Shown here piece by piece: positions 47,472 through 58,021 of a DNA stretch of 63,831 nt. Source of the stretch: Puia sp. (GTDB lineage Bacteria > Bacteroidota > Bacteroidia > Chitinophagales > Chitinophagaceae); the NCBI GenBank assembly GCA_035545215.1, contig DASZYU010000210.1, positions 1 through 63,831 on the forward strand, given 5' to 3'. A program made the translations under genes and the position numbers. Numbering within the stretch: position 1 is the stretch's first letter; each line of letters opens with the position of its first letter. The notes beneath the pieces were generated by a model. The model saw only the letters and a list, made by a program, of their open reading frames with translations. It did not search any database and was not told the DNA's origin.

Positions 47472-48080
47472 TCACAATACCCCCAGCTGCCGCAACTCCT
47501 CTTTGAATAATTCGGGCGTCCGGAATTGGATACCGGTGAATCCCAGGTCGCGCGCCGGCAGCACATTGCGTATATTGTCGTCTACGTAGATGGCTTTCGC
47601 CGGATCGATGCCGAACCGTTCGATCAGCAAGCGGTAGATCTCCGGGAAGGGTTTGCGAATCTTCTCTTCCCCCGACACGAGTCGCCCGTCGAACCAATGC
47701 AGGAAATCATACAGCTCGAGCGCAAGCGGAAACGTCTCGGCGCTCCAGTTTGTCAACGCGTACAATTTCAATCTGCCGCGGGCTTTCAGCTCGCGGAAGA
47801 TCTCGACGGTCTCATGGATCGGGCCCCCCAGCATCTCCGTCCACCGGCTATAGTAGGCCCGGATGGAAGCTTCGTGTTCCGGATATCTTTCCACCAGCCA
47901 TTCGGTCCCTTCCTGCAGGCTCCTGCCCGCATCCTGCTGCTCGTTCCAGTCCGGAGTGGCGATATTTGAGAGGAACCAGCGGCGTTCCTTTTCATCGGGG
48001 ATGAGCTTGTTGTAGAGATACTCGGGGTTCCAGTCGATGAGGACGCCGCCGAGGTCGAACACCAGTGTATTGATCATCAT
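47472..48080 (-). CDS. HAD family phosphatase
   Basis: FDLGGVL, LTN, KP, VDD motifs. Confidence 0.92.
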   Translation of the reverse strand: MMINTLVFDLGGVLIDWNPEYLYNKLIPDEKERRWFLSNIATPDWNEQQDAGRSLQEGTEWLVERYPEHEASIRAYYSRWTEMLGGPIHETVEIFRELKARGRLKLYALTNWSAETFPLALELYDFLHWFDGRLVSGEEKIRKPFPEIYRLLIERFGIDPAKAIYVDDNIRNVLPARDLGFTGIQFRTPELFKEELRQLGVL

Positions 48081-48083
48081 GCG

Positions 48084-49268
48084 TTATATTTTTATCAGCC
48101 GTTGCGCCGCCCGATCCAGCGTTTCTTCCTTCTTGGCAAAACAAAAGCGGATGACCCGGTTATCCTGATTATCCTGGTAAAACACCGAAACCGGTATCGC
48201 CGCAACGCCGTATTCCCGGGTGATGCGGAGGACGAAATCCTTGTCGGGTTCATCACTAATCCGGTCGTACCGGTAGAGCTGGAAAAAGCTGCCGTAGGAC
48301 GGCAGCGCCTCGAACCGCGAGGATTCCATCAGCCGGGCGAAATAGTCCCGTTTCCGCTGCATGAAACCGCTGAGCCCGAGGTAGGTATCTTTCCTCTTCA
48401 GGTATTCCGCGAGCGCGATCTGCGACGGAGCATGACAACTGAAACAGTTGAACTGATGCACTTTCCGGAACTCGTGCATGAGCGACGGCGAGGCCACGCT
48501 GTATCCCAGCTTCCAACCTGTGCAGTGGTAAACTTTTCCGAACGAGAACGATACGAAACTCCGTTCCAAAAGCCGTGGATAGCGGAGGATGGAGGTGTGC
48601 GCCAGCCCGTCGAAGACAAGATGTTCATAGACCTCGTCCGAGTGGATCAGGATATCCGTGCCTTCGACGATCTCCTCCAGCTGGCGCATGTCGTCCGGAC
48701 GGAGGATGGAGCCGGTCGGATTGTGCGGGGTATTCAGGAGGATCATCCGCGTGCGCGGCGTTATCTTCCGTCGCACTTCGTCCCAGTCGATGCTGTAGTC
48801 GGGGAAACGAAGGTCGATCCGCACGGGAACGGCCCCGTTGATCTCGATGTTGGGGATATAGCTGTCATAGGCCGGTTCGAATACGATGACCTCGTCGCCT
48901 TGCGTCAGAACGGTCGTCAGCGCGGTATAGATGGCATAGGTCCCGCCCGGGGTGACGGTGATCTGAGTGGCGGGGTCGACGACCGTTCCATACAGACCGG
49001 CGATCTTTTCGGCCAGCACCTCTCTCAGCGACGCCAACCCATGCATGTGCGCATATTGGTTGTACCCATCGCGCATCGCGCGGTCGACCAGCGCGATCAG
49101 CTCTTCGCTCATCGGGTAGTCGGGGAATCCCTGACCCAGGTTCACTGCGCCGAGCTCGGTCGCCAGCGAGCTCATGACCGTAAAGATCGTTGTGCCCACC
49201 CTGGGCAGCTTGCTTTTCCCCCGGCCGGCCGGCCCAGCTTTTCCCACCTCGGGCGAGTTGCTTTTCAT
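48084..49268 (-). CDS. PLP-dependent aminotransferase (methionine aminotransferase YbdL-like)
   Basis: NLGQGFPD, NTPHNPTG, SDEVYE, SFGK..H.TGWKLG. Start MKSNS has an ATGA overlap with the upstream gene. Confidence 0.92.
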   Translation of the reverse strand: MKSNSPEVGKAGPAGRGKSKLPRVGTTIFTVMSSLATELGAVNLGQGFPDYPMSEELIALVDRAMRDGYNQYAHMHGLASLREVLAEKIAGLYGTVVDPATQITVTPGGTYAIYTALTTVLTQGDEVIVFEPAYDSYIPNIEINGAVPVRIDLRFPDYSIDWDEVRRKITPRTRMILLNTPHNPTGSILRPDDMRQLEEIVEGTDILIHSDEVYEHLVFDGLAHTSILRYPRLLERSFVSFSFGKVYHCTGWKLGYSVASPSLMHEFRKVHQFNCFSCHAPSQIALAEYLKRKDTYLGLSGFMQRKRDYFARLMESSRFEALPSYGSFFQLYRYDRISDEPDKDFVLRITREYGVAAIPVSVFYQDNQDNRVIRFCFAKKEETLDRAAQRLIKI

Positions 49269-49984
49269 TTGATGCTTATGTTTTCCGTTCGGACCAGCGG
49301 CTCTCCATGGATACGCAGATAGACCTGGGCCACCGTCACGACATCCTTCTGGCAATAAGTCACGATGCGGGCAAGATCGCTCTGGCCCCAGTAGATCTCT
49401 CCTACCTGGCTGCCGTCGATATCGTCCTTCGGCGTGGGGACACCCAGCGAATGGGCCAGCAGGTTCAGCGATACAAAGTTCTTATACTCTCCGAACCTCC
49501 ACAACTCCATCGTGTCGATATGCGGCACTTCCCAGGGTTTTTTTCCGGCCAGGTTCAGCACCGAAGGGATATTCACGCCGTGAATGACCATCCTCCGGCA
49601 GAGGTAGGGGAAGTCGAAATCCTTGCCGTTGTGCGCGCAAAGGAATTTCTGTCCTTCGGAGCCCCATTTATGCAGCAACTCGTAGAACTGTTGCAGCAGC
49701 ATTTTCTCATTATCTCCATAAAAGGATTTCAGCGAAAGCCGCCGGTCCGCGGGCGGGCCCGAAAGGATGCCACAGCTGATACAGATGACCTTTCCGAATT
49801 CCGCATAGATGGCGGCCCTGCCATAAACTTCTTCGGGTGTGACCGGCGTCTTGTCGCGATTGAGCCCTTCCGCCTTAAGACGCCAGAGGGCCTGCCAATC
49901 CGCCGGGACTTGGCTGAAATCGGGATACTGCGAGACGGTTTCGATATCCAGGAAAAGGATGTTGTGTAATGGATAGGGTGACAT
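49265..49984 (-). CDS. PolB-related 3'-5' exonuclease-like protein (DEDD)
   Basis: FLDIET, HNGKDFDFP, YCQKD. Confidence 0.88.
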   Translation of the reverse strand: MSPYPLHNILFLDIETVSQYPDFSQVPADWQALWRLKAEGLNRDKTPVTPEEVYGRAAIYAEFGKVICISCGILSGPPADRRLSLKSFYGDNEKMLLQQFYELLHKWGSEGQKFLCAHNGKDFDFPYLCRRMVIHGVNIPSVLNLAGKKPWEVPHIDTMELWRFGEYKNFVSLNLLAHSLGVPTPKDDIDGSQVGEIYWGQSDLARIVTYCQKDVVTVAQVYLRIHGEPLVRTENISIK

Positions 49985-50020
49985 ACGTGCGATCAGTCGG
50001 ACGCCGTTTGGAGCGTCTCC

Positions 50021-51103
50021 TTAAAGATACTGATCTCCTTTGTTCCGCTTGACTTCCGCGACATATTCTTTGATCTCCTGCTCCTTGTCCCGGTGGCAGA
50101 TCAACAGGACGTCCGGCGTGTCGACGACGATGAACTTGTCCAGCCCCTGCAGGACCACCAGTTTATTGTTTGGCGCATGCACCATGCTTCGGCTGGCGTC
50201 GATCACGATGACATTGTCGCCGGCGACCGCATTTTCGAGATGGTCCTTTTTCAGGTTTTCGTATGCGCTGTTCCAGGTACCCAGGTCGCTCCATCCAAAG
50301 GAAGAGGGGATCACATAGACGTTATCCGCTTTCTCCATGATGCCGAAATCGATCGAGATATTGGTACACAAGGGATAGATGGTCTGAAGGGCCGCCTTCT
50401 CGCCGGCCGTATTGAATTTGTCCTTTTCGGCGGCAAATACGTCGTACATCTCGGGGAGGTATTTCTCGAAGGCGTTGATGATATTCTTCACCTGCCAGAC
50501 GAAGATCCCCGCATTCCAGAGAAAATCGCCGCTGGCCAGAAAGGTCTTTGCCAGTTCGAGGTTCGGTTTCTCGGTGAAGGTCTTGACCTTATAGACATTG
50601 TCCGACACCGAATGCTGTTCGTACTGGATGTACCCGTACCCTGTGTTGGGGTAGGTCGGTTTGATGCCGAGGGTAATGAATGCATTGTGTTTGCCGACAA
50701 AGCTGAGGGCTTCCAGGCAGACCTTGGTGAATGCCGTTTTGTCCAGGATGAGATGATCCGCCGGGGCGACGATCAGCGACGCCTTGGGATCCGATTGGTG
50801 CAGCTTGAAAGAGATATAGGCGATACAGGGCGCCGTATTCTTCCTCGACGGTTCACCCAGGATGTTCGCGACCGGCAGCTGGGGCAGCTGTTCCCTGACA
50901 ATCGCGGCGTATTCCTGTGAAGTGACCACGAAGATGTTTTCAGCGGGGATAAACGTGGAAAAGCGGTCGAACGTCCATTGGATCAGGGTGCGGCCGGTAT
51001 TCAGGATGTCGAGGAACTGCTTGGGAAAATCCTGCCGGCTCATCGGCCAGAAACGGCTGCCGATACCCCCGGCCATGATGACTACATAGTGATGTCTGTT
51101 CAT
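50021..51103 (-). CDS. manC: Mannose-1-phosphate guanylyltransferase
   Basis: MAGGIGSRFWP.SR..PKQF, EP..KNTAP, GYGYI, FTEKP, WSDLG. Confidence 0.93.
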   Translation of the reverse strand: MNRHHYVVIMAGGIGSRFWPMSRQDFPKQFLDILNTGRTLIQWTFDRFSTFIPAENIFVVTSQEYAAIVREQLPQLPVANILGEPSRKNTAPCIAYISFKLHQSDPKASLIVAPADHLILDKTAFTKVCLEALSFVGKHNAFITLGIKPTYPNTGYGYIQYEQHSVSDNVYKVKTFTEKPNLELAKTFLASGDFLWNAGIFVWQVKNIINAFEKYLPEMYDVFAAEKDKFNTAGEKAALQTIYPLCTNISIDFGIMEKADNVYVIPSSFGWSDLGTWNSAYENLKKDHLENAVAGDNVIVIDASRSMVHAPNNKLVVLQGLDKFIVVDTPDVLLICHRDKEQEIKEYVAEVKRNKGDQYL

Positions 51104-51111
51104 ACGTTCTT

Positions 51112-52080
51112 TTATATTATTCCTTCCCGGATAAGATTGTTCAGATCGATAAAACCGAGATATTGCCGGCCGCCGATGACGACCAGCCGGGTAATGTCAT
51201 GGATACGCATCAGGTCCAACGCTTCGACGGCCAGCGCCTCTGCCTCCACTGTTTTCGGGCTCCTCGTCATGATATCGCCAGCCGTCAACCCATCCCGCAC
51301 CCCCTCCTTTTCCAACAGGCGGCGGAGATCGCCGTCGGTGATGATACCCAGCAGGGTCCCTTCCTCGTCCGTCACGGCAGCCGCTCCCAGGCGCTTCGAA
51401 GTGATCTCGATTATGACATCCCGAAGCTTGGTTTGCATCGCAACCCGTGGCCGCTCGTTGTGGATATACACGTCCTGCACCCGCAAATACAGCCTTTTTC
51501 CCAATGTGCCGCCCGGGTGGAACCGGGCAAAGTCCTCGCTGTCGAAACCGCGCATCTCCATCAGGGTAACGGCAAGCGCATCTCCCATGACCAGTTGGGC
51601 GGTCGTGCTGCTTGTCGGTGCGAGATTGTTCGTGCAGGCCTCCTGCGAAACCGTAGTGTTCAGGACAATATCGGATTGTTTGGCGAGTACCGACTGCAAA
51701 TTCCCTACCATACCAATGAGCGGGTTGCCGAATCCCCGGATAAGGGGCAAGAGCATTTTAATTTCGGGGCTTTCCCCGCTCTTGCTCAGGATCAGCACGA
51801 CATCCTGCTCCTGGACCATTCCCAGGTCGCCGTGGATCGCATCCGCGGCGTGCAGAAATACCGCGGGAGTACCGGTGGAATTAAAAGTGGCGACCAGTTT
51901 TTGCGCGATGATAGCGGTCTTGCCGATGCCGCTGACCACTACCCGGCCTTTACAGGAGAAGATCAGTTGCACCGCCTTTTCGAACTGCTCGTCCACCAGC
52001 CGCTCCATAGCGGCAACGGCTTCCGCTTCCATCCGGATGATCCGTTGCCCTATGCCGATGATGTTCTTGCCCCTGTTCAT
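51112..52080 (-). CDS. kdsD: KpsF/GutQ arabinose-5-phosphate isomerase (SIS plus CBS)
   Basis: GIGKT, HGDLG, SKSGES, LAPTSSTT, FHPGG.LG, GIITDGDLRR. Confidence 0.93.
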   Translation of the reverse strand: MNRGKNIIGIGQRIIRMEAEAVAAMERLVDEQFEKAVQLIFSCKGRVVVSGIGKTAIIAQKLVATFNSTGTPAVFLHAADAIHGDLGMVQEQDVVLILSKSGESPEIKMLLPLIRGFGNPLIGMVGNLQSVLAKQSDIVLNTTVSQEACTNNLAPTSSTTAQLVMGDALAVTLMEMRGFDSEDFARFHPGGTLGKRLYLRVQDVYIHNERPRVAMQTKLRDVIIEITSKRLGAAAVTDEEGTLLGIITDGDLRRLLEKEGVRDGLTAGDIMTRSPKTVEAEALAVEALDLMRIHDITRLVVIGGRQYLGFIDLNNLIREGII

Positions 52081-52454
52081 AATAAGCCGCAAACCTACGC
52101 TAAAATGTTTAATCGCCCCCCGCGCGATGGACCGCCGGACCCGGCAGGTTCAGGTGTCGCACCGAACCAGGATCGGAGCGCGAGCAGACGTACTCCAAAA
52201 TGTTTCCCACGCCTCCGCACCCGGCAATCTACTGAAAAACAGAAACATAGCTTCCCGCTATTGCCCTCATCTACATATTTCCCTTTACGTATATTAAAGG
52301 TATGCGGTCGAATTTTAACACAATTCGCGACCGCCGTGGCGGCTTTTTGCATAACTTCGCCATCCTTAAATTTTAGCCAGGTACGATCGCACGCCGACCA
52401 GTCCCTGTTTAGGGCTCCTTTGACGACAACCTGTGAGGAAGAAAAATATTGAGC

Positions 52455-54725
52455 ATGGCTACAACCGAACCAAAAAAGACCGCGAGCAGAAAAACCAGGG
52501 CCCGAAAACCCGCCAAAGCATCAACCGAAACGCCCAACACTTTATTGGGGCATTTGCGCGAACAGTTTGGTTTTGACTCTTTCAAAGACAGCCAGGACAA
52601 GATCATCCAAAGCCTGTTATCCGGGAAAGATACCTTTGTCATCATGCCGACCGGGGGGGGCAAGAGCCTCTGCTACCAGCTGCCCGCCGTCATCAGCGAA
52701 GGCGTCGCCATTATCGTCAGCCCGCTGATCGCGTTGATGAAGAACCAGGTAGACCTCGTTCGAAGCTATAGCAGCAAGGACAACGTCGCGCATTTTCTCA
52801 ATTCGACATTGAGCAAAAAACAGATCAGGGAGGTGCATGAAGACCTTCTCGACGGACATACCAAGATGCTGTATGTGGCGCCCGAGACGCTGACGAAACA
52901 GGAGAATATGGAATTCTTCAGCGACCTGAAGATCTCCTTTTTTGCCGTCGACGAAGCGCATTGTATCTCTGAATGGGGACACGATTTCCGGCCCGAATAC
53001 CGCAGGCTGCGAGAAATGATGGACCAGATCAATCCGGATGTTCCCGTCATCGCGTTGACGGCCACGGCCACTCCGAAGGTCAAAAGCGATATCATCAAGA
53101 ATCTCGGGCTCCGCGATCCCAACATATTCATCTCGTCTTTCAACCGGAAAAATCTGTATTACGAGATCCAGCCCAAGATCAAAAAGGACCAGACGATCAA
53201 AAGCATCGTCCGGTACATCGTCCAGCAAAAGGGGAAGAGCGGCATCATCTATACGCTGAACCGGAAAACGACGGAAGAGCTTGCCGATATGCTGGTCGCC
53301 AATGACATCAAGGCGGTAGCGTACCATGCCGGGCTCGACAGCAAGCTGCGGGCCGAGCGCCAGGACCTTTTCCTGAACGAGGACGTGCAGGTGATCGTCG
53401 CCACCATCGCATTCGGGATGGGCATCGACAAACCGGACATCCGCTTCGTCATCCATTTCAACATTCCCAAATCGATCGAAAACTATTACCAGGAAACCGG
53501 CCGCGCGGGACGCGACGGTCTGGAAGGCAACTGTATCCTGTATTACTCACATAAGGATGTGGCGAAGCTGGAACACCTGATGAAAGACAAGCCGCTGAGC
53601 GAACGCGAGGTCGGGGCCCAGCTCATCAATGAGATGGTAGGTTTTGCCGAGACCGGCGTTTGCCGCCGCAAAGTGCTGATGAGCTATTTCGGCGAGGAGT
53701 ATACGACCGCCAACTGCGGCGAATGCGACAACTGCCGGAACCCGAAAGACAAGACCGAGGCTCGGGACAATGCCGTCAAGGTCCTCAGGACGATCAAGGC
53801 GCTGGACGAGCGTTTTGCCACGGGCTATGTCGTCAGCATCCTGCTCGGCAAGCTGACCCCGCAGATCCAGATGTTCCGGCACGAAGGCATCGCCGAGTTC
53901 GGCATCGGAAGGGAAGAGCCCGAGCACCTTTGGAATTCGCTCATTCGGCAACTCCTGCTCGAAGACCTGCTAAAAAAGGACATCGAGGAATACGGCGTGC
54001 TGAAGCTCACCAAAAAAGGCGAGGACTTCCTCCGCAAACCGCGCTCGTTCAAGATCGTGCTGAACAACCTTTTCGAAGAGGCCAATGCGGACGACGAAGA
54101 GGACAATACCGAGACCGGCGGCACTTCGTCCACGGACGAAAAGCTGTTCGCGCTCCTCAAAGACCTTCGCCAGAAAGAGGCGAAGAAAAAAGCGCTCCCG
54201 CCGTTCGTCATCTTCCTCGAGACGTCCTTGCAGGACATGGCCACGCTGTATCCGACGACCACGCAGGAACTGGAGCGGTGCCAGGGCGTCAGCAAGGGCA
54301 AGGCGCTTCGGTACGGCAAACCGTTCATCGAGCTCGTCTCGCGTTATGTCGCCGAAAACGATATCCAGAAGCCCGACGACTTCGTCATGAAGAGCGTTGT
54401 CAATAAGAGCGTCAATAAAGTCTATATCATCCAGCAGGTGGACAAAAAGATCCCGCTCGAGACCATTGCGAAGAATAAAGACCTGCGGCTCGATGCATTG
54501 CTCGAGGACATGGAAACGATCGCCGCCAGCGGAACGAAGCTCAACCTCGACTATGCCGTCGACGAGATGCTCGACGAATACGAGCAGGACGAGATCATCG
54601 ATTATTTCAAAAGCTGCGAGACGAGCAGCCTCCAGGTCGCCCAGCAGGAGCTCTCCGAAGGCAACTTCACGTGGGAGCAGCTGAAGATCATGCGGATCAA
54701 GTTCCTCAGCGAATACGGGATGTAG
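52455..54725 (+). CDS. recQ: ATP-dependent DNA helicase RecQ
   Basis: [29 protein letters not shown], zinc motif [13 protein letters not shown] and HRDC regions. Confidence 0.97.
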   Translation: MATTEPKKTASRKTRARKPAKASTETPNTLLGHLREQFGFDSFKDSQDKIIQSLLSGKDTFVIMPTGGGKSLCYQLPAVISEGVAIIVSPLIALMKNQVDLVRSYSSKDNVAHFLNSTLSKKQIREVHEDLLDGHTKMLYVAPETLTKQENMEFFSDLKISFFAVDEAHCISEWGHDFRPEYRRLREMMDQINPDVPVIALTATATPKVKSDIIKNLGLRDPNIFISSFNRKNLYYEIQPKIKKDQTIKSIVRYIVQQKGKSGIIYTLNRKTTEELADMLVANDIKAVAYHAGLDSKLRAERQDLFLNEDVQVIVATIAFGMGIDKPDIRFVIHFNIPKSIENYYQETGRAGRDGLEGNCILYYSHKDVAKLEHLMKDKPLSEREVGAQLINEMVGFAETGVCRRKVLMSYFGEEYTTANCGECDNCRNPKDKTEARDNAVKVLRTIKALDERFATGYVVSILLGKLTPQIQMFRHEGIAEFGIGREEPEHLWNSLIRQLLLEDLLKKDIEEYGVLKLTKKGEDFLRKPRSFKIVLNNLFEEANADDEEDNTETGGTSSTDEKLFALLKDLRQKEAKKKALPPFVIFLETSLQDMATLYPTTTQELERCQGVSKGKALRYGKPFIELVSRYVAENDIQKPDDFVMKSVVNKSVNKVYIIQQVDKKIPLETIAKNKDLRLDALLEDMETIAASGTKLNLDYAVDEMLDEYEQDEIIDYFKSCETSSLQVAQQELSEGNFTWEQLKIMRIKFLSEYGM

Positions 54726-54899
54726 GGCCCGGGCTTGTCCCACGGTCTCGGACCGGTGCCGGGCGATGGATGTTCCGGTCGGCGATGGGCATTCCGGATT
54801 TCTCGTCAGTCACGTCGGCAGCCTTGCAATCGGCGGCCCGGCACATCAGAATTTTGTGGATTTCCCGTGCATTTTTTTCCAAAATCGCCCCGGAAAGCC

Positions 54900-54907
54900 T
54901 ATTTTTG
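54900..54907 (+). promoter_or_regulatory. -7 element of the tRNA-Phe promoter
   Basis: TATTTTTG about 50 nt upstream of the tRNA. Confidence 0.6.
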
Positions 54908-54957
54908 CCTCCCCGATCGAAAACCGGTTTCAGCCGGCGGCCGGCGGGTACACGGAT

Positions 54958-55030
54958 GGTGCGGTAGCTCAGTCGGTAGAGCAAAGGACTGAAAATCCTT
55001 GTGTCGGCGGTTCGATCCCGCCCCACACCA
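54958..55030 (+). tRNA. tRNA-Phe (GAA), CCA not encoded
   Basis: GGTGCGG..TAGCTCAGTCGGTAGAGC, anticodon arm AAGGA-CTGAAAA-TCCTT, T-arm GGCGG-TTCGATC-CCGCC. Confidence 0.97.
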
Positions 55031-55041
55031 CGAAGAAGTCG

Positions 55042-55080
55042 AGCGATTACGACGGAAATGTTGTAGTCGCTTTTTTCTTT
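55042..55080 (+). terminator. Intrinsic terminator after tRNA-Phe
   Basis: AGCGATTACGAC-ggaaat-GTTGTAGTCGCT followed by TTTTTCTTT. Confidence 0.85.
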
Positions 55081-55131
55081 GCTGCAAACCTCAAAGGGAT
55101 TTCCGACAACAACAAGCAAGTATAATTGCCG

Positions 55132-55406
55132 CTCCGTCAAGGCGATCTGATCGAAGCTTTCAAATACCAGATCATCGCATCGGCATAGCCTGCGACTTCC
55201 TGTTCATCCGGCGTGTCGAATTGCCTGATTGACAGATTTCCTAAGGGCCGTCCGACTTCGTGATCCGTGAGCCCGGCCCCCTCAATGCGGGTGGACGATC
55301 CGATGCTTTCAATCGTCGCCGCCCGTTTCAAACTGGACAGTTGATCCGGGATCAATTGCCCCAACGCCTGCCAAGCCCCCTTAAATTCACCGATTTCGGC
55401 GATAAG
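55132..55406 (-). pseudogene. Fic-family N-terminal fragment, frameshifted and truncated
   Basis: LIAEIGEFKGAWQAL..ATIESIGSSTRIEG..DEQEVAGYADAM; the expected continuation DLVFESFDQIALTE lies in another frame after ~55173. No start codon and no Fic motif. Confidence 0.85.
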
Positions 55407-55609
55407 GCAGAGCGACCGAGTTCGGTCACCAGGAGTTGCGGGCCATTCTTTTGAACGTAGATTGTTGGCCTGGGACCATGCAGGATTACATTAAACAGGA
55501 GGCCATGCGGCCGAAAAGCAAGAGACTTCTGCCTGTGCCCGCTCGCCGAAAGGAGGCGACCTGTATAAATTTAAAGCAATGAAGAGAAACTCTCTGTATT
55601 TTTATCTGC

Positions 55610-56122
55610 ATGAAGAGCCTTGTCTTGCTCCTGCTTTGCCTGATGGCCCGGTCACAAAAACAAGCTGCGGACCCGCCTCCTCATTTCATCGCGATGGAAT
55701 ACAAGGGAATGTCCAATTGCATCTACAAGGTGTATGTAACGGACAGCCTGATCCTTGGGGCAAGGGTCAACGGATACATCTCCGTGCAGAACGGTTTCGG
55801 TATCGGTAAGACGGTTCCGCGGGACAGGATGCACGATCCCGAGGCCTATGTAGACAGGACGATGGACAGGTATGACCTGCTGCTTTCGGATCATGACGCA
55901 TTCCTGAGCGCGGACAAGGACAATTTTATCATTCAGAAATCCGAGATCAAACGGGTTTACCACGATCCCAAAAAGAAATGGGGCATGGGCTACTATCCGC
56001 ATGCCGGAAAGATCGAAATACAGGCTGCCAAAACGCGCATGAACCGCCACGGCAACAGAGAGCTGATCCTCGTTGGCGATCAGGATCCCGACCGCATTTT
56101 GAGCTTGTTCAATAGCCGGTGA
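55610..56122 (+). CDS. Hypothetical protein, possibly exported
   Basis: 170 aa, short hydrophobic N-terminus, KKKWGMGYYPHAGKI segment; TATTTTTA immediately upstream. Confidence 0.75.
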   Translation: MKSLVLLLLCLMARSQKQAADPPPHFIAMEYKGMSNCIYKVYVTDSLILGARVNGYISVQNGFGIGKTVPRDRMHDPEAYVDRTMDRYDLLLSDHDAFLSADKDNFIIQKSEIKRVYHDPKKKWGMGYYPHAGKIEIQAAKTRMNRHGNRELILVGDQDPDRILSLFNSR

Positions 56123-56248
56123 ATCGCCGGCGGCAGCAGGCTGGTCAGCGATGCCTACAGCAACGGCAGACAACCGGATGCCTATATGTGCCGCCGCTTA
56201 TTGGAGCTTGGTGATAGCAGCGCGACGTGACGCAAATAGGAACACCGG

Positions 56249-57298
56249 TCATGCGCCGGCCAGCACATAATTGGTGCTTCTGCCGCCCGCGGCCTCTTTC
56301 ACCAGGACGCCCAGACGAACCAGCTCATTGATATCGCGGACCGCGGTGTCTGACGAGGTGGCCGTCAGCCGCGCCCAGCGCGAAGACGTGAGCTTACCGT
56401 CGATGCCGTCGAGCAGGAGCGCGAGCACTTGCCGCTGACGCTCGTTCAGCTCATTGCCGGCATGCTGCTCCCAGAACGCCGCCTTCCGCAGCACGGGAGA
56501 AAGATGGTTGTCGGCTGCCGCGACGGCAGTCCCCAGGCGATGGAGGAACCATTCGAGGAAGCGCGTGATATCCTGTGGTCCTTTGTGCGTATCGCTTTTC
56601 CGCGTCTCTGCCATAAAACGCGCATAAACATCGCGTTCCTGCCAGAATGCGTCGGAAAGACTAAAATACCGGGCTCCGTTGCGCTCGCATCGGGCAAGTT
56701 GCATGTCGGCGATCGCACGCGCGATCCGGCCGTTGCCCCCATCGAAAGGATGCAGCGTCGAAAACCACCAGTGCGCGACCGCCGCCTTTATCACGGGATC
56801 GGTATCTCCGGAGTTATTGAACCAGTGTAAAAAGGCGCGAAACCTTGCGGGCGCGCCTTGCACTTCGGGCCGCTGGAAATGGACCATCCTGTTGTGGCGC
56901 TTGTGCTTCACCGGCATAACCCACTGGTGCCAGTCCGCCAGCCGCCGTTCGGTCAGCGGATCCCCGCATTGCGCAAGGACATCCGCGATCATTCCCGCAG
57001 CAGCAGCCGCATCGATGCCGGCGGGCACGGCCCGCGGCAACCTGACGTTCAAGCGGGACGCAAGCGAAGAACGGACCTGGGCCGCCGACAACCGCTCGCC
57101 TTCCAATTCGGCAGAACGAACGACCTCGATCGTCAATGCCTCCAGCAGCGCCTCTTTCCGCAGACCCGAGCCGATCCCTTCCATCCGACCTGCGAGCAGG
57201 CCCTGACGGTATCGCGCTTCCGCAAGGATCGGCATCAACACGTCGCTATCCCAATAAAAATCCGGTCTATCTTTTTGTTTATCAATATATACGGACAT
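56249..57298 (-). CDS. Fic family protein (DUF4172 + Fic + winged HTH), non-canonical motif
   Basis: QGLLAGRM, QVRSSLA.RL, HPFDGGNGRIAR, LNERQ, S.DTAVRDI, GGRSTNY. Start reassigned to MSVYID. Confidence 0.9.
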   Translation of the reverse strand: MSVYIDKQKDRPDFYWDSDVLMPILAEARYRQGLLAGRMEGIGSGLRKEALLEALTIEVVRSAELEGERLSAAQVRSSLASRLNVRLPRAVPAGIDAAAAAGMIADVLAQCGDPLTERRLADWHQWVMPVKHKRHNRMVHFQRPEVQGAPARFRAFLHWFNNSGDTDPVIKAAVAHWWFSTLHPFDGGNGRIARAIADMQLARCERNGARYFSLSDAFWQERDVYARFMAETRKSDTHKGPQDITRFLEWFLHRLGTAVAAADNHLSPVLRKAAFWEQHAGNELNERQRQVLALLLDGIDGKLTSSRWARLTATSSDTAVRDINELVRLGVLVKEAAGGRSTNYVLAGA

Positions 57299-57425
57299 TC
57301 GCCGCAATTTATGCGGTAAAAATAAGCGGAATTTTCCGCGTCTGCAAGCCCCATCCATCGCAGGGTCCGCGGCGATAAGAATTAGCCAAAAAGGAGGTAA
57401 CTTCCGCCGCCAAAACGAACCGATC

Positions 57426-57920
57426 ATGATCACCTCGACTTTAGATCAGCTGCACTGGTATTCGATCATCAGCCCGAATTTCGAAAAAGCGATCCGTTAC
57501 GCCCTGGCAACGGATTTCACGAGCCTGGATACGGGAAGATACCCGATCGACGGAGAGGACGTCTTTGCTATCGTCAACGAATATGCGACAAAACCGGTCG
57601 CGGAATGCGATCCGGAGAGCCATCTCGAATACGCGGATATCCAGATCATGCTATCCGGTTCCGAACGGTTCGGCTATCTGCCTTTGACAGGACAGTCGCC
57701 GTCGACCGCCTATGACCCGGCAAGAGACGTCGCCTTCTATACCATCCCTGAAGAGGAGCTGAACTATATCACGCTGCGGCGCGGCGAGTTTATCATCTTC
57801 TTTCCTTCCGATATCCACCAGCCGGAGGTGTATTTGTCGCAGCCTCTCGTCGTTAAGAAGGTCGTGCTGAAAGTCGCGCTCCGGCCCATGGCGGACCTGT
57901 CGCAGACTTCGGTGGAATAA
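57426..57920 (+). CDS. YhcH/YjgK/YiaL (DUF386, NanQ-like) protein
   Basis: ESH..YADIQ...G.E, FIIFFPSDIHQP, KKVVLKV. Confidence 0.92.
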   Translation: MITSTLDQLHWYSIISPNFEKAIRYALATDFTSLDTGRYPIDGEDVFAIVNEYATKPVAECDPESHLEYADIQIMLSGSERFGYLPLTGQSPSTAYDPARDVAFYTIPEEELNYITLRRGEFIIFFPSDIHQPEVYLSQPLVVKKVVLKVALRPMADLSQTSVE

Positions 57921-58021
57921 GCCCGCTGCAAAGCCCGGGGTAACTGCCCGCGATCAGCCCGGTCGCGAAGACCATCTTCAACAGCGACCGCACGGCGGTC
58001 TTCCAATAACTTTTCGGCATC

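Noticed and set aside
54762-54797. 19-bp-period duplication GGCGATGG..TTCCGG, and similar GC-rich micro-duplications near 34620-34660
   Set aside because: Two imperfect copies each with no shared consensus; most likely local slippage rather than a REP family.
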